Shown piece after piece: positions 29,584 to 38,875 of a stretch of DNA of 58,417 bases (positions are counted from its first letter, which is position 1; every line of letters starts with the position of its first letter). The DNA is taken from positions 1 to 58,417 of the forward strand of contig DAMDHZ010000003.1 in assembly GCA_032101665.1 (NCBI GenBank), written 5' to 3'. Both the position numbers and the translations under genes were made by a program. A model generated the notes under the pieces. The model searched no databases. It was not told where the DNA came from and saw only the letters and a list, made by a program, of their open reading frames with translations. This stretch comes from Brachybacterium sp. (GTDB lineage Bacteria > Actinomycetota > Actinomycetes > Actinomycetales > Dermabacteraceae).

Positions 29584-30513
29584 TCATCGCTCGGGGTCGC
29601 GGCTCACGCGTTCCGGGACACCTGCCGACACCTGCCGCGGACGCACCGGCGCCGTGAGGCGCGCGAGGCGGCGGCCCACGCGGGTGTCCCGCAGGCGCTC
29701 GATCGGCACGAACGCCGCCCAGCACACGGCCGTGGGCAGGAAATGGATGCCCAGCAGGAGGAACGTGCTGAGGTGGAAGCCGAGGAACACGGCGATCAGC
29801 ACGGACAGCGCTCGGCCCCGCAGGAACAGGGCGAGCGGTGAGCTCAGCTCCATCGCGACCGCCGCCCACTGCGCGGGCACGAAGATCCACGGCACGTGCA
29901 GCAGCCACGCCGCCCACGGGGTGCCGCGCCGGATGATCGCCCACGCGAGGATCGCGCTGTTCGCCCACGCGGCGACGGACCCCGAGGCGAGGATCTTGGC
30001 GAGCACCGACAGGAAGTAGGTCGCGACCACGGCGAGCTGGATGCAGCGGAGCGCCCAGCCCGCCGCCTCGGACTCGGTGTCGTCGCGCCATGAGGCCGAG
30101 GGCACGGTGGGCAGGACCCACACGGCGACCAGGAGCGCGAGGTGGTCGTGGGCGATGTACCCGTAGCCGTTGGAGTACAGCATCCACACGCCGAAGCCGA
30201 TGCCCACGGCGGCTCCCGTCAGGCGCGGCCGCCATCCCAGCATCCCGGCCACGCACGCGAGCACGAGGACGACCTGCAGCACCAGCGCCCCCACGGGGCT
30301 CACGGGCGGGAGATGCAGGAGCCGCGCGAGCAGCAGGGGCCGGTAGTACTCGGCGTTCGCCGTATGGGCGGGCACATCGCCGTCGATCACGACGATGTCG
30401 ACCAGCACGAACACGAAGACGATCGCCCGCAACGCCGCCACCCGGGAGGCGGGGAGCGCCGGGATCAGTGCGCGGCGCAACGGGGCACGGGGCGCGGGAT
30501 CGCGGCCGCTCAC
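29584..30513 (-). CDS. HTTM-like multi-pass membrane protein
   Basis: RVAALR N-terminus, GYIAHDH, GWALRCIQLAVVATYFLSVLAK, MEL, FHLSTFLLLGIHF. GTG is coupled to the upstream stop. Confidence 0.7.
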   Translation of the reverse strand: MSGRDPAPRAPLRRALIPALPASRVAALRAIVFVFVLVDIVVIDGDVPAHTANAEYYRPLLLARLLHLPPVSPVGALVLQVVLVLACVAGMLGWRPRLTGAAVGIGFGVWMLYSNGYGYIAHDHLALLVAVWVLPTVPSASWRDDTESEAAGWALRCIQLAVVATYFLSVLAKILASGSVAAWANSAILAWAIIRRGTPWAAWLLHVPWIFVPAQWAAVAMELSSPLALFLRGRALSVLIAVFLGFHLSTFLLLGIHFLPTAVCWAAFVPIERLRDTRVGRRLARLTAPVRPRQVSAGVPERVSRDPER

Positions 30514-30986
30514 GGCGCTTCCCAGCGGACGATCTCGACGGTCTCGGGCGATCCCACGGGTGCACCGTGGCGCAGCGTCGTCACCCGCTGGCAGACGATG
30601 AGTGCCGTGAGCGGGCCGTGGCCAGGATGCTCCCGGTCGTAGTGCTCGGCGAGCGGGGCCAGCAGCGAGGGATCGGCTTTCATCGCCGTCAGGTGGTTCT
30701 CCACGTCGGCCCGCTCGATGCCCACGCTGCGTCGCCCGAAGCCGATCTCGACGACGCGGCCGTCGCGTTCGCCGAGGAGACACGTGCTGCGCACGTGCCC
30801 GTCCGGGTCCTCGGCCTGCGCGTACTGCTCGAGGGTGCCGAAGGGGAAGTACTCGTTGGTGCGCTCCAGCTGGCCCGCGAGGAGCACGACGGCCAGGGCC
30901 AGCATCACGGTCACCCGCCACAGCACCGAGCCACCGCCCAGCCGGCGCACACCGGCGTGCGCAGAGACGGGGGACTCGGGCGGCAT
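30510..30986 (-). CDS. Membrane-anchored hypothetical protein, partner of the HTTM gene
   Basis: One TM helix, then EYFPFGTLEQYA and two Cys. Leaderless -10 TACGCT. GTGA overlap with the downstream gene. Confidence 0.7.
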   Translation of the reverse strand: MPPESPVSAHAGVRRLGGGSVLWRVTVMLALAVVLLAGQLERTNEYFPFGTLEQYAQAEDPDGHVRSTCLLGERDGRVVEIGFGRRSVGIERADVENHLTAMKADPSLLAPLAEHYDREHPGHGPLTALIVCQRVTTLRHGAPVGSPETVEIVRWEAP

Positions 30987-31185
30987 GGAGGGAGCGTAGA
31001 CGCTTCACCGCGCACGCGGGCGCCGGGCGGGGAGGAGGCGCCGGATGCGCGAGGGGTCCGGATGCGGGACGTGGGGCGGGAGCTGTCGGCCGCCGCCTGT
31101 ACAGTGACGCTCGTCCGCTCAGCGCCGTCGCGGCCAGCGCAGCCCCCGGCGCCGGTCGCACGGTGCCGTTCCCCCAGGAGGTCCC

Positions 31186-34008
31186 GTGCGCGACGACGAA
31201 GCCCTTCGCGTCCCCACCCTCACCGCCGAGTTCCCGGTGGTCGGCGACGATCCCCATATCGATGCCCCGCTGCGCGCCGTCGTGCGCCGCCTGTCCACCC
31301 TGCTCGGCCGGACGATCGCCGATCAGCACGGCCAGGAGCTGCTCGACCTCGTCGAGGACGTGCGCCGCCAGACCAAGCAGGCCAAGGCGTCGGCCGATCC
31401 CGAGGACGCCCAGCGCATCCAGCAGCGTCTGGCCGAGCTGCCGATCGAGCAGGCCACCGCCCTCACGCGTGCCTTCACCGAGTACTTCCTGCTGGCCAAC
31501 GCGGCCGAGCAGGTCTACCGGGTGCGGGCCATCTCGGAGACCTCGGCCGAGGACTCCTGGATCCCCCACACCGTCAAGGAGATCGCCGCGGAGCGCGGCT
31601 CCGAGGCGCTGCAACAGGCCGTCGACAGCCTCGACGTGCGTCTCGTGTTCACGGCGCACCCCACGGAGGCCTCGCGCCGCGCCGTGCTGACCAAGCTGCG
31701 CCGCATCTCCGACCTCCTCGAGGACGAGACCGAGGAGGGCAGTGTCGAGCGTCGTCGCCAGGACCGCGACCTGTCCGAGGTCATCGAGGTGCTGTGGCAG
31801 ACCGACGAGCTGCGCCGCCAGAAGCCGACGCCGCTCGACGAGGCGCGCAACGCCCTGTACTACCTGCGCGAGATCTACCTGCACACGATGCCGGGGCTGC
31901 TCGACGACTTCCGCGACGAGCTGCGGGAGAACGGCGCCGATCTCGACGAGACCACGACACCGCTGCGCTTCGGCTCCTGGATCGGTGGCGACCGCGACGG
32001 TAACCCGTTCGTGACCGCCCCGGTCACGCGCGAGGTCCTGCGCCTCCAGGCCGAGACCGCGATCGACCTGTCCATCGAGCTCATCAATCGCGCGATCCTC
32101 GAGCTGTCGGTCTCGAGCTCGCTCACGGGGGACGACCCCGAGCTGCGCGAGAGCCTCCGCGTCGAGCGCGGGCTCGTCCCCGAGGACCAGTACGAGATGT
32201 ACGCGGAGGAGCCCTACCGCCTCAAGCTCGGCGCGATGCGGGCCAAGCTGCAGAACACCGGCCGCCGGATCCGTCGCGGCACCCCGCACGAGCACGGCAC
32301 GGACTACCTGCGCGGCTCGGAGCTCCAGGACGACTTCGACCTGCTGCGCTCGGCGCTGCGTCGCCATCAGGGCGACCGGGTCGCCGACGGCTCGCTCGCG
32401 ATCGCCCAGCAGCTGGCCGCCGGGATCGGCCTCTCCCTCGCGACCCTCGACGTGCGCGAGCACGCCGAGAAGCACCACGAGGTCCTCGCCCGGCTGTTCG
32501 ACCGCCTCGGCGAGCTCGACCGTCCGTACGCCGAGCTCACGCGCGCCGAGCGGACGGAAGCGCTCTCCGCGGAGCTCGGGAGCCGACGGCCGATGGCCGG
32601 CGCCGATCTGGCCTCCGAGGAGCGTGGCATCCTCGACCAGGCGACACGCCCCACCTTCGAGGTGTTCCGGGAGATCCGCAAGGCGCATCGGACCTACGGT
32701 CCCGAGTGCATCGAGACCTACATCGTCTCGATGACCCGGGGCGCCGACGACATCCTGGCCGTCGCGCTGCTGGCCCGCGAGGCCGGTCTCGTCGACCTCG
32801 CGAGCGCCGAGGACAAGCGCGCCGACATCGGGTTCGTGCCGCTGCTCGAGACCGTCGAGGAACTCCGTCACGCCGGTGACATCCTCGACGCGCTGCTCGA
32901 GGACCCCGCCTTCCGGGAGATCGTGCGCCTGCGCGGCGACCGTCAGGAGATCATGCTCGGCTACTCGGACTCCAACAAGGAGTCCGGCGTCATCACGAGC
33001 CAGTGGGAGATCCATCAGGCCCAGCGGCGCCTGCGGGACGTCGCCGCCAAGCACGGCGTGACCCTGCGCCTGTTCCACGGCCGCGGCGGCAGCGTCGGCC
33101 GCGGCGGCGGTCCCACCTACGACGCCATCATCGCGCAGCCGTACGGCGTGCTCGAGGGCTCCATCAAGTTCACCGAGCAGGGCGAGGTCATCTCCGACAA
33201 GTACATGCTGCCGGTGCTCGCCCGCGAGAACCTCGACCTGTCGCTCGCGGCCGTGCTGCAGGGCTCGGCGCTGCACACCGAGCCGCGCGTGTCCCCTGAG
33301 CAGCTCGACCGCTTCGGGGACGTCATGCAGACCGTCTCGGACGCGGCGTTCGCCCGCTATCGCACGCTCGCCGACGATCCGGACCTGCCCGAGTACTTCG
33401 TGACCTCGACGCCCGTCGAGCAGCTCGGGGATCTCAACATCGGCTCGCGACCGTCCAAGCGCACGACCTCGGAGAAGGGCCTCGACGGGCTGCGGGCCAT
33501 CCCGTGGGTGTTCGGCTGGACCCAGTCGCGCCAGATCGTGCCCGGCTGGTTCGGCGCGGGCTCGGGCCTCAAGGCCGCGCGCGAGGCCGGTCTCGAGGAC
33601 GATCTGCACGAGATGCTGCGGCACTGGCACTTCTTCCGCACGGTGCTGTCCAACATCGAGATGACGCTCGCCAAGACCGACATGGACATCGCCGCGCACT
33701 ACGTGCACTCGCTCGCGCCCGAGCGGCTGTGGCCGCTGTTCGACCGCATCCGCGAGGAGTTCGAGCTGACCGTGGCGGAGGTCGAGCGCCTCACGGGCGT
33801 GCTGGGCCTGCTCGACAACCAGCCGATCCTCAAGCGCACGCTCACCGTGCGCGACCGCTATCTCGATCCGATCAGCTACATGCAGGTCGCCATGCTGCAA
33901 CGGGTGCGCGCGCTCGCCGAGAAGGGCGAGGAGCCGAGCGAGGAGCTGCAGCGCGCGCTGCTGACCACGATCAACGGCGTCGCGGCGGGCCTGAAGAACA
34001 CGGGCTGA
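31186..34008 (+). CDS. ppc: Phosphoenolpyruvate carboxylase
   Basis: [49 protein letters not shown]-terminal KNTG. Confidence 0.97.
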   Translation: MRDDEALRVPTLTAEFPVVGDDPHIDAPLRAVVRRLSTLLGRTIADQHGQELLDLVEDVRRQTKQAKASADPEDAQRIQQRLAELPIEQATALTRAFTEYFLLANAAEQVYRVRAISETSAEDSWIPHTVKEIAAERGSEALQQAVDSLDVRLVFTAHPTEASRRAVLTKLRRISDLLEDETEEGSVERRRQDRDLSEVIEVLWQTDELRRQKPTPLDEARNALYYLREIYLHTMPGLLDDFRDELRENGADLDETTTPLRFGSWIGGDRDGNPFVTAPVTREVLRLQAETAIDLSIELINRAILELSVSSSLTGDDPELRESLRVERGLVPEDQYEMYAEEPYRLKLGAMRAKLQNTGRRIRRGTPHEHGTDYLRGSELQDDFDLLRSALRRHQGDRVADGSLAIAQQLAAGIGLSLATLDVREHAEKHHEVLARLFDRLGELDRPYAELTRAERTEALSAELGSRRPMAGADLASEERGILDQATRPTFEVFREIRKAHRTYGPECIETYIVSMTRGADDILAVALLAREAGLVDLASAEDKRADIGFVPLLETVEELRHAGDILDALLEDPAFREIVRLRGDRQEIMLGYSDSNKESGVITSQWEIHQAQRRLRDVAAKHGVTLRLFHGRGGSVGRGGGPTYDAIIAQPYGVLEGSIKFTEQGEVISDKYMLPVLARENLDLSLAAVLQGSALHTEPRVSPEQLDRFGDVMQTVSDAAFARYRTLADDPDLPEYFVTSTPVEQLGDLNIGSRPSKRTTSEKGLDGLRAIPWVFGWTQSRQIVPGWFGAGSGLKAAREAGLEDDLHEMLRHWHFFRTVLSNIEMTLAKTDMDIAAHYVHSLAPERLWPLFDRIREEFELTVAEVERLTGVLGLLDNQPILKRTLTVRDRYLDPISYMQVAMLQRVRALAEKGEEPSEELQRALLTTINGVAAGLKNTG

Positions 34009-34148
34009 GACACGCGCGCCCGGAGCTCGGGCGCGACGGCAGCGGTGCCGCCGCGCGAGTGCCCCGGTGCGGACCGTCGCCTCGCCGGCGCGGTCCGTGC
34101 CGGGGCGCGAGCACATGCGGTCGGCACCGCCCGCCGGGAGCGACCGTG

Positions 34149-34697
34149 ATGTCGGCGCCGGCCGACCCGGGGCGAGGGCGGCGCCGGGCCACCTCGGCCG
34201 TGGTGGGCGTCGTCGGGATCCTGCTGCTGGTCGGGGCCTGGACGGCCGTGGGCCCGCACCATCCGGTGTTCGCGCTCGTGGTGACGATGATGAGCTTCGG
34301 GCTCGTGCCCTTCCTCGGGCGGCCGCTCGCCCGTCATCTCCCGCGATGGCTGATCGACGTACCGCCCACCGAGCGCATGCTGCACCGGGTGATGGGGGTG
34401 GGCGTCGTCATGCGGGTGCTCGACGCGGTGCGCTGGAACAAGTCGCTCGGGCGCGGCCGCGGGACCGCGGGCACCCGGGCGGGACTGCGCGCGGTCGACC
34501 GGCACACCCGGGAGAGCCTCGCCGCGCACGGCGTGGGTGCCCTCGTGCACGCGGGCGCCGCCGCGGCGGCCGCCATGGCCGGGGCATGGGACGTCGCGGG
34601 GCTCGTGCTGTTCGGCGGCCTCGCCGTCCACGTCTACCCGGTGCTGATCCAGCGGGCGGTGCGCCTGCGCCTGGCCCCGCTGCTCACGCGGGTGTGA
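34149..34697 (+). CDS. Membrane protein, CrtO-like acyltransferase family
   Basis: E..LHRVMGV, HTRESLAAH and HVYPVLIQRAVRLRL resemble the CrtO-family signature. Confidence 0.55.
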   Translation: MSAPADPGRGRRRATSAVVGVVGILLLVGAWTAVGPHHPVFALVVTMMSFGLVPFLGRPLARHLPRWLIDVPPTERMLHRVMGVGVVMRVLDAVRWNKSLGRGRGTAGTRAGLRAVDRHTRESLAAHGVGALVHAGAAAAAAMAGAWDVAGLVLFGGLAVHVYPVLIQRAVRLRLAPLLTRV

Positions 34698-34730
34698 CGC
34701 GAGGGAGAGCGCCTCACCCGCGCCCCGCCG

Positions 34731-37058
34731 TCACCACTCCAGGATGGCCCAGCGCTTCTTCTTGGCGATCGAGTACAGGCCGAGGTCCGGTGAGACCGCC
34801 GACGGCGTGCCCACGAGCTCGAGCCAGGAGGCGTCGGCGAGCGAGTCGCCGTAGCCGTAGGACTTCTTGAGGTCGGCGCCGACGCGACCGGCGTACTTGC
34901 GCAGCCAGTTCGCGCGCGCCTCGTCGACCACCGGGGGAGTGGCGAGGTAGCCGGTCATCACGCCGTCGGCGTCGACGTCCATGTGGGTCGCGACGACCTC
35001 GTCGAACAGGTCGGCGAGCGGCTCCACGAGCACGTCGAGCGCGCCGGTGACCAGGACCGTGCGATGTCCGGCCCGCCGATGCTGCTCGATGAGCTCGAGC
35101 GCCTCGGGGCGGATCGACGCCCGGATCCGGCGGCCGAGCTGACCCTGCATGAGGGCCCGCAGTTCATCGGCGCGGAACCCGCGGTAGCGGCGGTTGACGG
35201 AGCGGACGAACTCCGAGCGGTCACGCCGCTCGGTGCGCAGGTAGCCCGGGAGAGCTCCCAGGAGGTTCCCGATCTCGCCCGGCCACTGGCGCTTGGAGCG
35301 CGTGGCGCGCATGACCTCCAGATATTGCTGGACGATGTTGGTGGCCACGACGGTGCCGTCGAGGTCGAACACGGCCAGGATGTCCGCGCCCTCCTTCATG
35401 GGAGGGGCGGCGCGGCCCGCGCGACGGTCGAGGGTGGCCTTGCGGCGGGAGTACGCCTTGGTCAGCTCGGTCACCGCGGGCAGGTGCAGCTCGCGGAAGT
35501 AGCGCAGCCAGTCCAGCTCGGCGATGTCGAAGTCCAGCTCGGCGCGCTCGACGCCTTCGGCCGCGCCGGCCACGCCCTCGGTCGAGGTGCCGCCGCGCAG
35601 GAACGCCTCGGGCAGCTCCTCGCGCAGCGCGCGCGTGTTGGCGTCGTCGAAGACCATCTCCGTCTTGGTGTACTGCCGGTACAGCTCGGTGTACTTGCGC
35701 AGCGTCTCGAGCCCCGACGCGTTGCGGTGCAGCGTCGAGGTCCACTCCCGGGTGCGGCGCGTCGCGGGCAGGCGGGACACCGCCAGCTGGCCGGCCTTGG
35801 TCGCGAGTTCCTTGAGGCGGAAGCGCACGTCGACGGCCTCGACGGCGGGGAAGTCCCACTCGGGGACCTCGATCGGCCGGCCCGTCTCGTCCTCGAGGGG
35901 ATGCTCGACGAAGTAGCCGCGCACGGCCGTCACCATCTCGTGGAACGGCAGCGGATTGGTCGCGCCCGAGACCACCTGGAAGTACGCCTCGTCGCCGCGG
36001 CGGTCGACCTTCTGGGTCGCGAGCGCGACGATCACGTTGACGACGAAGTCGACGGGGATGATGTCGAGGATCGAGTCGGCCAGGCCCGGGAACTCGGGCA
36101 GCAGGCCGCGTCCGTACGCCATGATGAGCGGGTCGGCGACCTTGTAGCCGTCGATCCAGCCCGGGTAGGGGCGGCGCAGCGCCGACTCGATGATCGAGGG
36201 GCGCACGAACGAGACGCGGTGCCCGGCGGAGGCCCACAGGTCCTCGGCGACCCGCTCGGCCATCGCCTTGGTGAAGGTGTAGATGTCGGTCCAGCCGACG
36301 GACTGGGCGCGCGTGCGCCCGTAGTCGACGAGGCGATCGCGGACCCACGTGGTGCGGAGCTCCTCGGCGGCCGCGGCGACGGCCTTGGGGCCCATCTTCC
36401 CCTGGCGCACGCGTGCGGCGAGCATCTGGGAGCGCAGGGTCTCGGGGGTGCGGGACTGCGCCTCGACGCGGTGGCGCGCGGCGAGGGCGGCCTCGTGCTC
36501 GGCGCGCCAGTCGACGTCGTGGACCAGCGCGCCCTCCTGGCGCAGGCCCTTGGAGATGCCGCCCACGTACGCGGTGGAGACGTGGATGACGTGCGGATCC
36601 TGCCCCGAGGCGAGCAGGGCCTCGTAGAGGTTGCGGGCACCACCGACGTTGGTGCGGAAGGCCTCGTCGATGGGCGGGTCGAAGGAGACCGACGACGCCG
36701 AGTGGATCACGGTGTCGATGCGCTGCTCGATCGCGGGCATGTCGGTGAGGTCGCCCTCGAGGACGTCCACGCGCTCGTCGAAGGCCCGGCGTACGTCCTC
36801 GGCGCCCACGCGCTCGCCCCACGACGTGAACACGGGCTTGCGCAGCAGTCCTTCGAGGCGCTTGCGCCCCGTCTGCACGCCCTTGGGGCGCACGAGGGCG
36901 GTGACGCGCACGGAGGGGAAGTTCTCGAGCTGGGACTGCAGCACGGCCTGGCCGAGGAACCCGGTGACCCCGGTGAGCAGGATCTGCTGGTCGGCGCGGG
37001 GAGCCGTGCTCGGCTCGGTGCTCGGGTCCGTGCTCGACGAGGCGGGCGTGTTCGGCAT
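34731..37058 (-). CDS. Fatty acyl-CoA reductase (alcohol-forming, male-sterility type) fused to a C-terminal HAD-IB phosphatase
   Basis: FAR motifs TGVTGFLG, HSASSVSF, HVSTAYV, YTFTK, RPSII, PYPGWID, DIIPVD. HAD-IB motifs FDLDGT, LVTG, YGDSLAD. Confidence 0.9.
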   Translation of the reverse strand: MPNTPASSSTDPSTEPSTAPRADQQILLTGVTGFLGQAVLQSQLENFPSVRVTALVRPKGVQTGRKRLEGLLRKPVFTSWGERVGAEDVRRAFDERVDVLEGDLTDMPAIEQRIDTVIHSASSVSFDPPIDEAFRTNVGGARNLYEALLASGQDPHVIHVSTAYVGGISKGLRQEGALVHDVDWRAEHEAALAARHRVEAQSRTPETLRSQMLAARVRQGKMGPKAVAAAAEELRTTWVRDRLVDYGRTRAQSVGWTDIYTFTKAMAERVAEDLWASAGHRVSFVRPSIIESALRRPYPGWIDGYKVADPLIMAYGRGLLPEFPGLADSILDIIPVDFVVNVIVALATQKVDRRGDEAYFQVVSGATNPLPFHEMVTAVRGYFVEHPLEDETGRPIEVPEWDFPAVEAVDVRFRLKELATKAGQLAVSRLPATRRTREWTSTLHRNASGLETLRKYTELYRQYTKTEMVFDDANTRALREELPEAFLRGGTSTEGVAGAAEGVERAELDFDIAELDWLRYFRELHLPAVTELTKAYSRRKATLDRRAGRAAPPMKEGADILAVFDLDGTVVATNIVQQYLEVMRATRSKRQWPGEIGNLLGALPGYLRTERRDRSEFVRSVNRRYRGFRADELRALMQGQLGRRIRASIRPEALELIEQHRRAGHRTVLVTGALDVLVEPLADLFDEVVATHMDVDADGVMTGYLATPPVVDEARANWLRKYAGRVGADLKKSYGYGDSLADASWLELVGTPSAVSPDLGLYSIAKKKRWAILEW

Positions 37059-37256
37059 GCTGGGCTTCCCCTGGGGACGGCGGCGGTGGACGGGGCGCCG
37101 TGCCGCGGTCGCGCCCGTCCCTCTCGACGCCTGCGTCGTCGCAGGTGGGACGCAGGTTCCGGGGGTGAGGAGGAGCGGTCTTCGCGGGGCTCGGAGCCCG
37201 GCGGGACGAGGGTCGTCCCGACGCTGGTCAGCGCCTCGCTAGTGTACCGTAGGCCC

Positions 37257-38048
37257 ATGCACAGGGCCCTGATCACCGGTGGCACATCCGGCATCGGAGC
37301 AGCATTCGCGGAGGCGCTCGCGCGGCGGGAGGTGGACCTCGTCCTGGTCGCCCGCAACGCCGCACGGCTCGAGGAGACCGCCTCGGGGCTGCGCCGCGAC
37401 TTCGGCATCGGGGTCGAGACGATTGCCGCCGATCTCTCCGACCGTGACGACCAGCAGCGGGTCGCCGACCGCCTCGAGGCCGACGACACCGCCGAGGCGA
37501 CCCCGCCCATCGACATGCTCGTCAACAACGCGGGGTTCTCGGTGCGCACGGAGCTCACCGACCCCGACATGACCGAGCACGACCGCGGCTACGAGGTCAT
37601 GGTGCGCTCGGTCATCGTGCTCTCGGGCGCGGCCGCCCGGGCGATGGAGCGGCGCGGCGAGGGCTGGATCGTCAACGTCGGCTCCGTGAGCGCCTTCGTC
37701 ACCCAGAACAACTACTCGGCCATCAAGTCGTGGGTGAACTCGTACACCGAGGCCCTCCACGTGCAGCTCCACGACCGGGGCATCCACGTCACGCTGCTCG
37801 CGCCCGGCTGGGTGCGCACCGAGTTCCACTCGCGCGCCGGCATCAAGGGCTCGTCGATCCCCGGGTTCCTCTGGCTCACCCCGCAGCGCCTCGTCGAGGA
37901 GTGCCTCAAGGACATGGCGCGCGACAAGGTCATCTCCATCCCGTCCATGCGCTTCCAGCTGATCGTGGGGCTCGCGCGGATCGCCCCGCGCAACCTCATC
38001 CACCGGCTGAGCGGCCTGCTCAGCTCGCGCCGCAGCAAGGAGGGTTGA
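37257..38048 (+). CDS. Short-chain dehydrogenase/reductase
   Basis: TGGTSGIG, LVAR (NADP-type), NNAG, YSAIK, PGWVRTEF. Confidence 0.92.
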   Translation: MHRALITGGTSGIGAAFAEALARREVDLVLVARNAARLEETASGLRRDFGIGVETIAADLSDRDDQQRVADRLEADDTAEATPPIDMLVNNAGFSVRTELTDPDMTEHDRGYEVMVRSVIVLSGAAARAMERRGEGWIVNVGSVSAFVTQNNYSAIKSWVNSYTEALHVQLHDRGIHVTLLAPGWVRTEFHSRAGIKGSSIPGFLWLTPQRLVEECLKDMARDKVISIPSMRFQLIVGLARIAPRNLIHRLSGLLSSRRSKEG

Positions 38049-38053
38049 GCGCC

Positions 38054-38875
38054 GTGTCCCCGTCGTCCGACCCCTCCGCGTCCGGTCCGTCCCGGCAGCG
38101 TCGCCCCTCGCTGTCCTCGCGCTCGCGGGCGGAGGGCTTCGACTACTCCGACGAGCAGCTCGCCGTGTACCGGTCGCGCTGGCGCGCCGTCGTGCGCCGC
38201 GTCCTGCAGCGCGGCATCTTCCGCCTCGTCGTGCGCTCGGCCGTCACCCCGAGCGTCGAGGTCAACCGTCGGGTGCGCTCGATCCGCGGCCCGTTCGTGC
38301 TGGTCGCCAACCACACGAGCCACGTCGATGCCCCGCTGCTCGCGATGAGCCTGCCCTGGACCCAGGCGCGGCTGCTGTCGACCGGGGTCGCCGCGGACTA
38401 CTGGCATCCGGTCTGGTATCGGCGCCTGTTCGTGCGCTGGATGATGAACGCCTACTTCATCGACCGCGACGGCTCGCGCAAGAACGCGGGGGTCTCCCGG
38501 CGCCTGCTGCGCAGCGGGGTGCCGATCCTCGTGTTCCCCGAGGGCGGTCGCCAGCAGACCGGCGTGCTGGGAGCCTTCAATCCCGGCGGCGCCGCGCTCG
38601 CCGCGAGCGGCGGCGTGCCCGTCGTCCCCGCGGCGATCGTGGGCGGCTACGAGGCGATGCCCAAGGGCCGCTACTGGCCGCGCCCCGGCCGCCCGCCCGT
38701 CGGCGTCATCTTCGGCGAGCCGCTCATGGCCGACCCCGACGAGACCGTCACGGACTTCACGGCGCGCATCCGCGCGAGCGTGCAGGACCTCTATACGACC
38801 CATCGCGATCAGATCCTCGAGGCCTCCGACGGCCCCGAGCCCCCGGACCAGGAGAAGAAGGCGAGCACTCGATGA
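38054..38875 (+). CDS. Glycerolipid acyltransferase (PlsC/LPLAT superfamily)
   Basis: NHTSHVD (HX4D), AADYW, FIDR, FPEG, VPVVP. Stop overlaps the next ATG (ATGA). Confidence 0.9.
   Translation: MSPSSDPSASGPSRQRRPSLSSRSRAEGFDYSDEQLAVYRSRWRAVVRRVLQRGIFRLVVRSAVTPSVEVNRRVRSIRGPFVLVANHTSHVDAPLLAMSLPWTQARLLSTGVAADYWHPVWYRRLFVRWMMNAYFIDRDGSRKNAGVSRRLLRSGVPILVFPEGGRQQTGVLGAFNPGGAALAASGGVPVVPAAIVGGYEAMPKGRYWPRPGRPPVGVIFGEPLMADPDETVTDFTARIRASVQDLYTTHRDQILEASDGPEPPDQEKKASTR

Noticed and set aside
29584..34116. 1510-aa minus-strand ORF
   Set aside because: Mostly antisense to ppc. Only the last roughly 309 codons (from GTG 30513) look like a real gene.
34983..38048. 1021-aa ORF suggesting a giant SDR fusion
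   Set aside because: The N-terminal part is antisense to FAR-HAD. The SDR starts at ATG 37257 behind a leaderless -10.
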